Source: Felis catus (lineage: Eukaryota). From it: DNA of 64,000 bases. A program made the position numbers and the translations under genes. Positions 1 through 13,257 of this stretch are shown here, in pieces. The notes beneath the pieces were generated by a model that was given only the letters and a program-made list of their open reading frames with translations, made no database searches and was not told the origin of the DNA. Each line of letters starts with the position of its first letter. Within the stretch, counting starts at the first letter, position 1. Location: the NCBI RefSeq assembly GCF_018350175.1, contig NC_058368.1:143966001-144030000 (forward strand), written 5' to 3'.

Positions 1-2740
1 TTTTTTAAGTTTTTATTTTAATTCCAGTTAGTTAACATACAGTGTTATATTAGTTTCAGGTGTATGATATAGTGATTCAATAATTCCGTATATTATCCAG
101 TGCTCATTATGACAAGTGCACTCCTCAGTCCCCATCATGTATTTAATTCATCCCTCCACCTTCCTCACCATCAGTTTCTCTATAATTAAGAGTCTGTTTC
201 TTTGTCTCTCTTTCTCTCTTTCTTTTTCACCCTTTGCTCATTTGTTTCTTAAATTCCACATGTGAGTAAAATCATATGGTATTTATCTTTCTCTGACTCA
301 TTTTGCTTATCATTATAATCTCTAGCTCCGCCTATATTGTTGCAAATGGCAGGATTTGATTTTTATGTATATATACACCATACCTTCTTTATCCATTCAT
401 TAATCAGTGGACACTTCGGCTGCTTCCATATCTTGGCTATTGTAAATAATGCTGCTATAAACTTAGGGGTGCAGGTATCCCTTTGAATTAGTGTTTTTTC
501 ATTCTTTCGGTAAATGCTGAAAAGTGCAATTACTGGATTGTAGGATAGCTTTATTTTTAACTTTTTGAGGGAACTCCATACTATTTTCCAGAGTGGCTGC
601 ACCATTTTGCATTCCCACCAATAGTGCATGAGGTCTCCCCTTTCTCCACATCCTCACTAACCCCTGTTGTTTCTCGTGTTGTTGATTTTAGCCATTCTAA
701 CAAGTGTGCAGTGATATCTCATTATGGTTTTGATTTACATTTCCCTGATGTTAAGTGATGATGAACATCTTTTCATGTGTCTGTTGGCTATCTGTATGTC
801 TTCTTTGGATAAATGTCTGCTCGTGTCTTCTATCCATTTTTATTATTTATTTATTTATTTTAACGTTTTTATTTTATTTTTGACAGAGACACAGAGTGAG
901 AGTGGGGGAGGGGCAGAGAGAGACGAGACATAATCTGAAGCAGGCTCCAGGCTCTGAGGTGTCAGCACAGACCCTGATGCGGGGCTCAAACCCTCAAGCC
1001 ATGAGATCATGACCTGAGCTGAAGTCGGACGCTTAACCGACTGAACCACATAGGTGCCCCTCTTCTGTCCATTTTTAAATTGGATTATTTGTTTTTTGGG
1101 TGTTGAGTGTGATAAGTTCTTTATAGATTTTATCTAATATGTCAATTGCAAATATCTTCTCCCATTCTGTAGGTTGTCTTTTAACTTTTGTTAATTGTTT
1201 CCTTCACTGCACAAGATTATTATTTTGATGTAGTCCCTATAGTTTCTTTTTGCTTTTGTTTTCCTTGCCTTGGGAGACATATCTAGAAAGAAGTTGCTAT
1301 GGCTTTGTCAAAAAAGTTATTGCCTGTGTTCTTTTCTAGGATTTTTTTTTGATGTGAGAAATATTACTTTTAATGGAATATTATTTTTTAATGGAATACA
1401 ATTTTTTACCCAAAAGTTGGTTTCAAACAATATAATTGTGACATTGTGTTCTTAATTATGCCCTCATTTTAGAATTCTTATATTGCAAAATTGCTGTATA
1501 TATCTTTTTTAATTTAATTTTTTTTATTTTTTTATTTTTTTGGTTTTTTTTAAGAATTTTTTTAACGTTTTTATTTATTTTTGAGACAGAGAGACACAGA
1601 GCGTGAATGGGGGAGGGGCAGAGAGAGAGGGAGACACAGAATCGGAAGCAGGCTCCAGGCTCTGAGCCATCAGCCCAGAGCCCCACGCGGGGCTCAAACT
1701 TACGGAGTGCGAGATCGTGACCTGAGCTGAAGTCGGACGCTTAACTGACTGAGCCACCCAGGCGCCCCTTTAATTTAATTTTTTTTTAATTTACATCCAA
1801 ATTAGTTAGCATATAGTGCAACAATGATTTCAGGAGTAGATTCCTAGTGCCCCTTACCCATTTAGCCCATCCCCCCTCCTACAACCCCTCCCATAACCCT
1901 GTTTGTTCTCCATATTTAAGAGTCTCTTCTGTTTTGTCCCCCTCCCTGTTTTTATATTATTTTTGTTTCCCTTCCCTTATGTTCATCTGTTTTGTTTCTT
2001 AAAGTCCTCATATGAGTGAACTCATATGATATTTATCTTTCTCTGACTGACTAATTTCACTTAGCATAATACCCTTCAGTTCCATCCATGTTGTTCCAAA
2101 TGACAAGATTTCATTCTTTTTGATTGCTGAGTAATACTCCATTGTATATATACACTACAACTTCTTTATCCATTGATCCATCGATGGACATTGGGCTCTT
2201 TCCATACTTTGGCTATTGTTGATAGTGCTGCTATAAACATTGGGGTGCATATGTCCCTTTGAAACAGCACACCTGTATCCCTTAGATAGATACCTAGTAG
2301 TGCAATTGCTGGGTCATAGGGTAGTTCTATTTTTAATTTTTTGAGGAACCTCCATACTGTTTTCCAGAGTTGCTGCACCAGCTTGCATTCCCATCTTCTA
2401 GGATTTTTATGGTTATAGGTATCACATTTAGGTTTTAAACCATTTGGAATTTATTTTTGTGTATTGTGTAAGAATGGGGTCCGGGGGTGCCTGACTGGCT
2501 CAGTTGGTGGAACAGGGATTCTTGATCTTAGGGTTGTGAATTTGAGCCCCATGTTGGGCATAGAGATTATTAAAAAAAAAAAAAAAAAAAGGAAGTGGTC
2601 CAGTTTCTTTCTTTTGCATGTTGCTGTCCAGTTTTCCTGATACTTTTGTTAAGGAAGCATTCTTTTCCCCATTGGATATTCTTTCCTTCTTTGTCAAATA
2701 TTAATTAACCATACAGCGGTTGGTTTATTTTCTGGGTTTC
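1..2740 (-). mobile_element. Older carnivore L1 3' portion (ORF2 C-terminus and 3'UTR), interrupted by SINEs and a younger L1
   Basis: ORF 363-629 encodes the L1 ORF2 C-terminus (WWECKMVQPLWK…PKFIAALFTIAKIWKQPKCP). The SINE at 843-1060 has TSD tcttct(a/g)tccatttt. Confidence 0.9.
1347..2393 (-). mobile_element. 5'-truncated felid L1 with a ~150-bp 3' transduction and a SINE (1524-1768) in its A-tail
   Basis: TSD t(t/c)ttctaggattttt at 1332-1346 and 2394-2408. The host L1 sequence resumes seamlessly across it. ORF 2166-2378 is the L1 ORF2 tail. Confidence 0.8.
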
Positions 2741-4705
2741 CAAGAAAAACAATTGAATCTTAGTAAGAAAAATGAGATTTGTGGTGTTTTAAGTTGCCCT
2801 ACTCCCATCCTCATCTCCCTAGCTCTGGAGTAGCCTTACAGCTTGAGTAGCTATGAAAGCCAGCAACCTAGCAGGCACCATAGTAGGCAGAATAGGTTTG
2901 GAGTTCCCAAAACAGAACTGTTTCCCAATAGAATTGTCACTATTTGATTTATCTAGAAGTTCCTTGAAAAGCTCCATTCTTAATACCTGTCTCTGCTTAA
3001 CCTAAGAGCTCACACTGCAAGAACAGCTCTACTCCCAAGGCATTTATCATAAAACTATTAGCAGCAATTGTTTAATATTGTGACTGCCTGAGGTGGCTAT
3101 ACCAGCTGAATCTAATGAGAAGCTGACCAAAAAACTTAAATGGAGATGGTTCAGTTGGATAAGCATCCAACTCTTGGTCTCAGGTCAGGTCTTGATCTTA
3201 GGGTCATGAGTTCAGGCCCTGTGTTGGGCTCCATGCTGTGTAAGAAGCCTACTTAAACAAAAGAAAAAGAAATTTTAATGGAAAAACTGGATAATGAGAT
3301 ATGTAAAGGGGGCTTTGAAAAGATAAGGCATATTCCTGGGAATCTAGAAAGCTATGCACAAAGAAAGGGCTGAGTAAGAACAAGAATGAGACAGAAAATC
3401 AGAAAAGTTGGGGCCATGGAAAAACAAAAGGGAAAATAAAGTCACAATTCATTGAATGCTTATTCAGTGCTGGCTAGATGCTGTGCTCAGTGCTTACGAT
3501 ATCCTGTCTCACGGACACATATAATCACATTTCCCATGTAGCAGTTGAGGAAACTCGGGCTTTATGAGATTAGGTAAATAGCCAAGGTTGCAGGGCTGGT
3601 AAGTGGCTAAGCCAGGCTTTGAACTCAGGCTCTCTGATTTCAAAGTCTGATTTCAAAGTCTGGGTCTGGATGTCTGGAATGGGTAAGAGTGTAAAATGTT
3701 GCTGAGGGGACAAGTCAGTAAAGATGTAAACTTGTCTTTCAGATTTCTCAGCAAGGAGGTCTTCAAGGAACTTCTTGAAGTTCTGGGGCAAGAAGACAGA
3801 TCGATTCTAGTGGTTTGAAGAGTGAGCAAAAGTAAGGAAATGGACATGGCATTTAGCTGTTTGCTTGGAAAGAGAAGAGAGGTAGGGCCTTAGGTGGAAG
3901 ATTGGTGAGGATGTAATGTTCTTTTTTTATTTTTAGAGATTCCAGCATATGGAAGTAGTACTATGTAGTCAGTAAAAATCCTGATCTTTCAGAAGGTAAA
4001 AGTCTTGGCATCCTGGGCCCAGAAGAGATAAGGAAGAAAAGAGAGTGGGGATGCTAGGCCTGATAGGCAAGAGAACTGAAACCCGACACCTAGTGACAAG
4101 CTATTTGGATTCTTCTTAACCTTATTCTCCAATCAATTTTATTGCTTGCCCTTTTTACTTTAGAGATGGAAGCTTGTCTTCAGAAATTAAGAAACAAGGC
4201 AGAATTGATAACTTAAAAACATCATAGTGAAGGAAGATTAATTATTTACATCATTCAAGTGCTCTGCAATTCTTTTAATGTAGTTACATAATCATTAGTC
4301 TTATTAATTACCTTAAAAGCATGCCAATGTTAGGTTTATAGGATGTCATCATGACAATCTGTCTTCAGAGCATCCTAGCGATCCTCAGACACTATGCAGG
4401 ACTTGGAAACTGCTTGGTCTTACTGAGCAAACGGTGAATTCTAACTGGAAACCAGGATGAAGAAATCTAGAGACCTAATGTACAGTTTGATAACTATACT
4501 TAATAATACTGTATTGAACCTTGAAACCATGTTAAGAGAATGAATTTCAGGTATACTAATCAGGCACACAAAATGCCATGTGAGAAGATATGTATTAACC
4601 AACTTGACTAGTAATAATTTCATTTTATATATAGATATATATATATATAATCATTATGTTGTACACCTTAAATTTATACAATTTTTATTTAAAAATATAT
4701 AAATA

Positions 4706-4935
4706 GGGCACCTGGGTGGCTCAGTCGGTTAAGCGTTGACTTCGGCTCAGGTCACGATCTCACGGTCCATGCGGTCCGTGAGTTCGAGCCCCGCGTCCGG
4801 CTCTGTGCTGACAGCTCAGAGCCTGGAGCCTGTTTCGGATTCTGTGTCTCCCTCTCTCTCTGACCCTCCCCCATTCATGCTCTGTCTCTCTCTGTCTCAA
4901 AAATAAATAAACGTTAAAAAAAATTTTTTTTTAAA
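4706..4935 (+). mobile_element. CanSINE (SINEC)
   Basis: gggcacctgggtggctcagtcggttaag head, (CT)n body and A-tail. Confidence 0.9.
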
Positions 4936-5169
4936 AATAAATAAAAATATATAAATAAATGAAAAATAAAAAATCTATTTTTTAAGAAAAAAGAAAAAAG
5001 AAAAAATCAGGGAAGGGACTCTTCTGGTTCTCAAATTTGTCTGTCCAGGGAAATCTACTGGGGAGCTTTAAAAAGTACTGATGTCTGGGTTCTAATCTAC
5101 AGACCGTACTCAAATTTAATTGTCCCAAATTTAATTGTTTCCTGATTTCTTGAAGATTAGCCAGCCATA

Positions 5170-5460
5170 CATTTGCAGGTGTCTTTCTGGGTTTTTATTT
5201 TGTTCCATTGATCTATGTGTCTGTTTTAGTGCCAGTACCATACTGTCTTGATGATTACAACTTTATAATATAGCTTGAAGTCCAGAATTGTGATGCCTCC
5301 AGCTTTGGTTTTCTTTTTTTAAGATTGCTTTGGCTATTCAGGGTCTTTTCTGGTTCTATACAAGTTTTAGAATTGTTTGTTCTAGCTCTGTGAAGAATGC
5401 TGGTGTTATTTTGATAGGGAGTGTATTGAATGTGTAGATTGCTTTGGGTAGTATCAACCC
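5170..5460 (-). mobile_element. L1 ORF2 fragment
   Basis: ccattgatctat…ccagtaccatactgtcttgatgattac…gatgcctccagctttgg is typical antisense L1 ORF2. Confidence 0.85.
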
Positions 5461-5465
5461 AATAA

Positions 5466-5701
5466 TTTTATTTATTTATTTATTTATTTATTTATCTATT
5501 TATTTATTTATGTTTATTTTACTTTTTTTTAAAGTTTATTTATTTTGTGGAGAGCAGAGCCAGAGTGAGTGGGGGAGGGGCTGAGAGAGAGGGAGAAAGA
5601 GAATTTCAAGCAGGCTCTGTGCCAGCAGCACGAAACTGAGATCGTGACCTGAGCAGAAACCAAGAGTGGTATGCCTAACTGACTAAGCCACCCAAGCGCT
5701 T

Positions 5702-5733
<32 letters not shown>

Positions 5734-6027
5734 CACAGGAGGGGCAGAAAGAGAGGTAGAGAGAGAGAATCCCAAGCAGGCTCTGCACTGCCAGCTCAGA
5801 GCCCAATGTGGGGCTCAAATTCATGAACCATGAGATCATGATCTGAGTTGAAATCAAGGGTCAGATGTTTAACTAACTGAGCCACTCAGGTGCCCAGATC
5901 ACACATTGCATTTAGTTGTCATACTGTTTTGATGCCCTTTGAACAGGTCCTTGGTCTTTTTTTTTTTTTTTTTTTTTTTTTTAGAGAGAGAGCATGTGAG
6001 TGGGAGAGAGGGGCAGAGGGAGGGAGG

Positions 6028-6061
<34 letters not shown>

Positions 6062-6183
6062 CTTAAATAGGATCCTTGATCAGCACAGAGTCTGATAAAA
6101 GGCTAATCCCATGACCCTGGGATCATGATCTGAGCCAAAATCAAGAGTTGTATGCTTAACCAATGGAGCCACCCAAGTGCCCC
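5466..6183 (-). mobile_element. Cluster of three antisense CanSINEs
   Basis: Repeated (GA)n…gagatcatgacctgag…gagccacccagg motifs. Confidence 0.85.
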
Positions 6184-9100
6184 TCTCTTTGCTATTATCT
6201 TCTTAAATTTTTGAAGAGTAAACCCAGTGATTTTATAAAATGTCCCACAATTTTTGTTTTACTGATGTTTTCTCATGTTTAGATTCAGATGATGGATTTG
6301 GGGGCACAAATACTACAGAAGTGATACTGTGTCTTTCTCAGTCCATCCTGGAGGCATAGAAATTTTATTTGTCCCCTTACTGGTGATGCTAACTTTAATT
6401 ACTTGGTTAGGGTGGTGCCTGCTTGGTTTCTCCCCTGTAAAGTTACTCTTCTTCCTTTTATTAATAACTATTTTTGGAAAGATGCTTTGAGATGATGTGA
6501 ATATTGAGTTCCTATCAAATTTTTACCCATTAGTTTTAATCATACATTGATGATCTTTGGTTGAAACAGACTATGTTTGAAACAGACTACTATGGTGGCT
6601 ACTAAATGGTGATTTTCTAAGCTCAGCACTACCTTTGCATTTACAGTTGGCATTCTGTCATAAGGAAGAGTTTTCTCTCGGAATACCAGGGTGCTGGTGG
6701 TTCAGTCAGTTAAATGTCCGACTTCGGCTCAGGTCATGATCTTGCGGTGTGTGAGTTTGAGCCCCAAGTCAGGCTGTGTGCTGACAGCTCAGAGCCTGGA
6801 GCCTGCTTCAGATTCTGTGTCACCCTCTCTCTCTGCCTCACCCCTGCTTGTGCTCTGTCTCTCTCTGTCTTTCAAAATGAATAAACATTAAAAAATTTTT
6901 AATAAGAAAAAAAGGGAAGAGTTTTCTCTTCATTCTCATCTATCTATTTATACCACTCATCTATCACCTGTTTATAATCATATGCACTCATGGGTTCTTA
7001 TTTTATTCTGTTGGTCGTTTCTGTGTTGCCAAGTAAGGAATTTGACTAACATAAAAAATAATGTTTTTATTTTAGAATGAACTTTCAGATTTAGGGAAAA
7101 GTTGCAAAGATAGTTCAGAGAGTTCCTGTACATCCCTCCAGGTTCCCTTATTGTGAACATCTTACACTACTATGGCACATTTGCCATGACTGAGAAACCA
7201 ACAATCATGCATTCCTCTTAACTAAACTTACCACTTCATTTGGATCTCACCATTTTTCGCTCAATGTCCTTCTTCTGTTCCAGAATCACATCCAGGATAC
7301 TACATTACATTTAGTTATCATGTTTCCTTAGTCTACTCTGGTTTATGACAGCTTCTCAGACTTCTCTTGCTCTTTATGACTGTGATAGTTTTGAAAAACA
7401 CAAGTCAGCTATTTTGTGAATGTGTCTCAATTTGTTTTCGTCTAATGTTTTCCTCATGGTTAGACTAGGGATAATGGGGATGGGAGAGGAAGACTATAGA
7501 GATGAAGGTCCATTCTCATCACATCAAGGATATATGCTATTGCCATGATTCAACACAGATTTAACAGCCCAGATAGTGTTTGCCAGGTTTCTCCAATGTA
7601 AAGTTATCTTTATTCCCCTTTCCCATACTCCACTCTTGGGAGGCAAGTCATTAAGCATTGTCACAATCTGCATTTCATCCCTTCTGTCATTTAAAGTCCT
7701 GGTTGATTTTTAACACTTTTTCATACATTACAGTTTACTCTTTCTGCTGTAGTTTCTATAGGTTTTGACAAATGCATGGAGTTATAAATTTCTTCCCATG
7801 CAGGTCCTAGTTAACCCCTTCTTCTTCTAATCCCTGGAATCCACTGATCTGTTTTCCATTCCTACAGTTTTGCCTTTTCCATAATATCTTATGAACAGAA
7901 TCATTCAATATATAGTCTCTCCAGACTTTGTGCTTTTTTTTTTCTGAATAATATTCCATCATGTATAACACAGTTTGTTTATTCATTCATCTACTGAAGG
8001 ACATTTTAGTTGCCTCCAATTTGGGGTGATTATGAATGAAGATGCTATAAATATTCATATGCGGATTTTTCTATAAACATAAATTTTCAACGTTTATTTT
8101 TTATTTTTGGGACAGAGAGAGACAGAGCATGAACGGGAGAGGGGCAGAGAGAGAGGGAGGCACAGAATCGGAAACAGGCTCCAGGCTCTGAGCCATCAGC
8201 CCAGAGCCTGACACGGGGCTCGAACTCACGGACCGAGAGATCGTGACCTGGCTGAAGTCGGACGCTTAACCGACTGCGCCACCCAGGCACCCCTAAACAT
8301 AAATTTTCAAATCAGTTGGGTAAACACCTAGGAGCATGATGCTCTGTCAATTTGGTAAGTTTACACTAACACTATATAACACCCAGTTTTTATAATGTTA
8401 TCTTCCAACGTGTCTGTATTGTCTTCCAAACTGTCTTCTGAAGTGCCTGTATGATTTTCGCATTCTCGCCAGGATTAAAAGATAGTACCCTTTTTCAAAA
8501 GCCTTGACAGTGTTCAGTACCGTCAAGCTGTACGTGTGTGTGTGTGTGTCTGTGTGTGTGTTTTAATATTCTAATGGTAAGTCATGGTATCTCATTGTTT
8601 TGCAATTTGTCTTCCCTAGTGGTAAATGATATTGAGCATCTTTTTATATCCATGTCTAATTTGCTGTTCACATTATCTTCTTCGCTGAAGTGTTCCGTTC
8701 AGATATTTGTTCAGTTTTTAAGTCTTCTTATTGCTGAGTTAAATATATATACATGTGTATATATATACACGCGTATATATACGCGTATATATATATACAC
8801 ATGTATATATATAAAATATTTTTCTGGATATACGTCTCATTGCATACATGATTTACAAATATTTTCTCCCAGTCTGTGGTTTGTCATTTCATTCACCTCA
8901 CAGTGTCTTTCACTGAATGAGAAGGTTTAATTTTCAGAAATTCCAATTCATCAAACTTTTATTTCATGCATTATGCTTTTGGTATTGTATCTAAAAAGCC
9001 ATTGCCAGATCCAGGATCATACATATTCTGTGTTTTCTCTTAGAAATTTTAGTTTTGTATTTAAAAAAATTTTTTTTAGTTTTTTTTAATGTTTATTATT

Positions 9101-10500
9101 TATTTGAGAGAGCGAGAGAGACAGAGGGAGAGCAGGGGAGGAGCAGAGAGAGAGACACACACACACAGAATCTGAAGCAGGCTCCAGGTTCCAAGCTGTC
9201 AGCACAGAGCCCAATGCAGGAATCGAATGAGGTCTGGAGCTTAACCAACTGAGCCACCCAGGCACCCCTAGTTTTGTATTTTACATTTAAGTAAAATGTA
9301 AAAAAATACATTAAATTACATTTAAATATGATCCATTTGGAGCTAAATATTTTTAAAGTTTTCATTAATTATTTTATTATTAATATTAATTTTTTTAGAG
9401 AGAGAGAGACAGAGTGAGCAGAAGGGGGGAGAAAGAGAGAACCTTAAGCAGGCTCCATACCTAGCATGGGCATAGCTCAATGCAGGGCTCGATCTCAGGA
9501 CCCAGGGATCATGACCCTGAGATCATGACCTAAGCTGAAATCAAGAGTCAGACACTTAACCAACTGAGCCACCAGGCACCCCAAAGTTTTAATTTAAATT
9601 CCAGTTAGTTAACATACAAGTAATATTAGTTTCAGGTGTACAATATAGTGACTCAACACTTCTATTCAATACCCGGTGCTCATCATAGCAAGTGTGCCCC
9701 TTAATCCCCAAAGAGTTCAATCTTTTTTATAAGGTGTCCGGTATGTGTCAAAGTTTATTGTTATTTTGCATACAGATATCCAATCTGTCCAGCACTATTT
9801 GTTGAATTGCCTTTGTGTCTTTTTATGTATGTATGTATGTACGTATTTATTTATTTTTAAGTTTATTTTGAGAGAGAGAGAGAGAGGGTGTGTGCACAAA
9901 GCAGGAGACGGGTAGAGAGAGAGGGAGAAAGAGAATCCCGAACAGGCTCCACACTGTCAGTGCGGAGCCCAATGTAGGGCTTGAACTCATGAACTCTGAG
10001 ATCATGACCTGAGCTGAAATCAAAAGGGGGAAGCTCAACTGACTGAGCCACCCACACTCCCTGCCTTTGTATCTTTGATAGAAATTAGTTGGCTGTATTC
10101 GTGTGGGTCTACATCAGTGCTCTCTATTGTGTTCTATTGATCTATGTGTACCCTTTCACTAATACCACATTGCCTTGATACTACATCTGTAGAGTAAGTC
10201 TTAAAATCAGGGCATATAAGACTTCCCACTTTGTTTTTCTTTTTTATGATTGTTTTGGCTATTCTGGATCCCTTGAATTTCCAAATGAATTTTAGGATCA
10301 GCTTGTCAATTTCTGCCAAACAGGCAGCTGATATACTGATAAAGATTGTATGGACTCTGTAGATCAGTTTGGGAGGTATTGCTGTCTTAACAATATCAAG
10401 TCTTCAAATCCATGATAGTGAGGTGTTTTTCCATTTATTTAGGTCTTCTTTAATTTCTTTCAACAATACTTTGTAGTTTTCAGAATGTAAGTTTTGTAAA
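6184..10500 (-). mobile_element. Old L1M-type 3' fragments with nested SINEs (6680-6912 +; 8087-8293 - young; 9068-9269, 9390-9582, 9845-10061 -)
   Basis: ORF 10134-10319 is L1 ORF2-like (IDKLILKFIWKFKGSRIAKTI). Degenerate L1MB/MC-like 3'UTR text. The young SINE has TSD taaacataaattttca. Confidence 0.75.
8743..8812. repeat. 70-bp near-perfect palindrome of alternating purine/pyrimidine
   Basis: 35-bp arms, no spacer, 1 mismatch. Confidence 0.95.
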
Positions 10501-10525
10501 TTTTTTTTTGGTCTTTATTTCTACA

Positions 10526-10850
10526 TACAGCTGAATCTTGTTCTTTGCAGTAATGTTCTATAAAGTTGCTGCCAAGATTGAATTAGCAAATACAGAAGTA
10601 TTGCTTCTGAGGGAAATAAAGGTTAGATTCTTCTGAGTCTCCGATCACATCTTTGCCTGTTGAAATGCCATTTGTCTTACATAGGTTTGTTTGCCAACAT
10701 CTTGTAAAACAAGCCAGTCTCATCAGCTTTGAAAACCTGCTTTTCCACATAACCCCTATCTCATATAACACTTGAATATTTAAAAATTCTTCACAGCTTT
10801 CTGATGTGCAGAACCTGCATCCCTTCAAGTTTAACTCTAATCCCAGCTCT
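10526..10850. mobile_element. Tigger-derived DNA transposon relic (MER82-like)
   Basis: Tigger-type end (tacagctgaatcttgttctttgcagtaatgttctataaagttgc…gaattagcaaatac). The minus strand encodes DRGYVEKQVFKADETGLFYK, the pogo/Tigger DDE 'DETGL' motif. Confidence 0.75.
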
Positions 10851-11016
10851 CATCATAACTATCTGTACCCTTGGGCAAGTCACCTCCGCTCTCAAACTGT
10901 GGGAAAAAGAAAAAAAAAAAGATTATGGACGACACTATCTTTGCAATATCACTAACTCTGGAGTTAAATATTTAAAAAAAAAAAAAAGTGGCAACTTCTG
11001 TAATGTTGAAAGCCAA

Positions 11017-11034
11017 CAGCACCACCTGGTGGTC
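11017..11034 (-). promoter_or_regulatory. Candidate CTCF site
   Basis: Minus strand GACCACCAGGTGGTGCTG closely fits the CTCF core CCACCAG(G/A)(G/T)GGCGC. Confidence 0.5.
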
Positions 11035-11299
11035 TAAGAGAACACGCAGAGGATCACAGCTAACAGGTCTGTCCAGTTACATCTGTATTTGCTTGTTTGA
11101 ACAAAAATTTAATTTTCAGATCATTTTTCCCCTAACTGGGTACATACAAGTACACTACTACATATTAAAGCAACCATACAAGTCCTTATATTTAAAATCA
11201 GACTCTGCACAGAATCCCTTGTGAATATAAAGAAGACTCTTAAATAGTCATCAATAATCAACTATGGCTTTGGTTTAAAAAAAAAAAAACTATTAAACC

Positions 11300-12569
11300 A
11301 AAGTTGGAATCATTACAATCCCAGACTTCAAGCTGTATTACAAAGCTGTAATCATCAAGACAGTATGGTACTGGCACAAAAACAGGCACTCAGATCAATG
11401 GAACAGAATAGAGAACCCAGAAATGGATCCAACAACTTATGAGCAAGTAATCTTTGACAAAGCAGGAAAGAATATCGAATGGAATAAAGACAAATGGTCC
11501 TGGGAAAACTAGACAGCGACATGCAGAAAAATGAACCTGGACCACTTTCTTACACCATACACAAAAATAAACTCAAAATGGATGAAAGACCTAAACGTAA
11601 GACAGGAAGGCATCAAAATCCTCAATGAGAAAGCAGGCAAAGACCTCTTTACCTCAGCCACAGAAACTTCTTACTCAACACTCTCCAGAAGCACGGGAAA
11701 CAAAAGCAAAAATGAACTATTGGGACCTCATCAAAATAAAAAGCTTCTGCACAGCAAAGGAAACAATCAGCAAAACCAAAAGGCAGCCGACGGAATAAGA
11801 GAATGTATTTGCAAATGACATATCAGATAAAGGGTTAGTATCCAAAATCTATAAAGAACTTATTAAACAACATCCCCAAAATACTAATCCTCTTATTTTG
11901 TGTAATTGTTCTAATTGTTCAGTAGTTTTGTTGTTGTTGTCTTTTATTATTTACATCCAAGTTAGTTAGCATATAGTGCAACAATGATTTCAGGAGTAGA
12001 TTCTTTGATGCCCCTTACCCATTTAGCCCACAACCCCTCCAGCAACCTTCTGTTTGTTCTCTACATTTAAGAGTTTCTTGACACCCCCAAAACAAATAAT
12101 CCTCTGAAGAAATGGGCAAAAGACATAAATAGACACTTTTCCAAAGTGGCCAACCGACACATGAAAAAATGCTCAACATCACTCAACATCAGGGAAATAC
12201 AAATCAAAACCACACTGAGATACCACCTCACACCTGTCAGAATGGCTAACATTAACAACTCAGGCAACAACAGATGTTGGCAGGGTTGCAGAGAAAGAGG
12301 AACCCTTTTGCATTGTTGGTGGGAATGCAAGCTGGTGCAGCCACTCTGGAAAACAGTATGGAGGTCCCTCAAAAAATTAAAAATAGAACTACCCTATGAC
12401 CCAGCAATTGCACTACTAGGTATCTATCCAAGAGGTACAGGTGTGCTGTTTTGAAGGGGCACATGCACCCCAATGTTTAGAGCAGCACTATCAATAATAG
12501 CCAAAGTACGGAAAGAGCCCAAATGTCCATCGATGGATGAATGGATAAAGATGTGGTATGTGTGTGTAT

Positions 12570-12601
<32 letters not shown>

Positions 12602-12609
12602 GTATATAC

Positions 12610-12662
<53 letters not shown>

Positions 12663-13050
12663 AAATGGAGTATTACTCGGCAATCAGAAAGAATGAAATC
12701 TTGCCATGTGCAATTACGTGGATGGAACTAGAGGGTGTTATGCTAAGTGAAATTAGTCAGTCAGAGGAAGACAAATATATGAGTTCACTCATATGAGAAC
12801 TTTCAGAGACAAAACAAATGAACCTAAGGGAAGGGAAGCAAAAATAATATAAAAACAGGGAGGGGGACAAAACATAAGAAACTCTTAAATGTAGAGAACA
12901 AACAGAAGGTTGCTGGAGGGGTTGTGGGAGGGTGAATGGGCTAAATGGGTAAGGGGCATCAAAGAATCTACTCCTGAAATCATTGTTGCACTATATGCTA
13001 ACTAACTTGGATGTAAATAATAAAACAACAACAACAAAACTACTGAACAA
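11300..13050 (+). mobile_element. 5'-truncated felid L1 (ORF2 C-terminus and 3'UTR) with an internal inverted copy of its own 3' end
   Basis: ORFs 11531-11818, 12146-12454 and 12473-12796 are L1 ORF2 fragments. Diverged TSD aaaacta(t/c)t(a/g)aac at ~11286 and ~13036. (CA)n(TA)n microsatellite at 12560-12660. Confidence 0.9.
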
Positions 13051-13257
13051 TTAGAACAATTACCCAAAATAAAAATATACTTCCATATACCAAAAAAATC
13101 ATCAAATTAAAATTATTCTTACATATTTGAGTAAGAAAATAAATTATAGTATTCAATTATAACCCCCAAAAATAAATATCTGTAAGTCCGTACTTCTATA
13201 AACATATTTGTTTTTTGTTTTTTTTTTAAATGATTGTTTTCCATGTGGAGGATTTTA

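Noticed and set aside
4706..4790. tRNA gene
   Set aside because: The A/B boxes belong to the tRNA-derived head of a CanSINE; there is no cloverleaf, and a SINE body follows.
11531..12796. L1 ORF2-like ORFs as a functional gene
   Set aside because: 5'-truncated, frameshifted and interrupted by an inversion.
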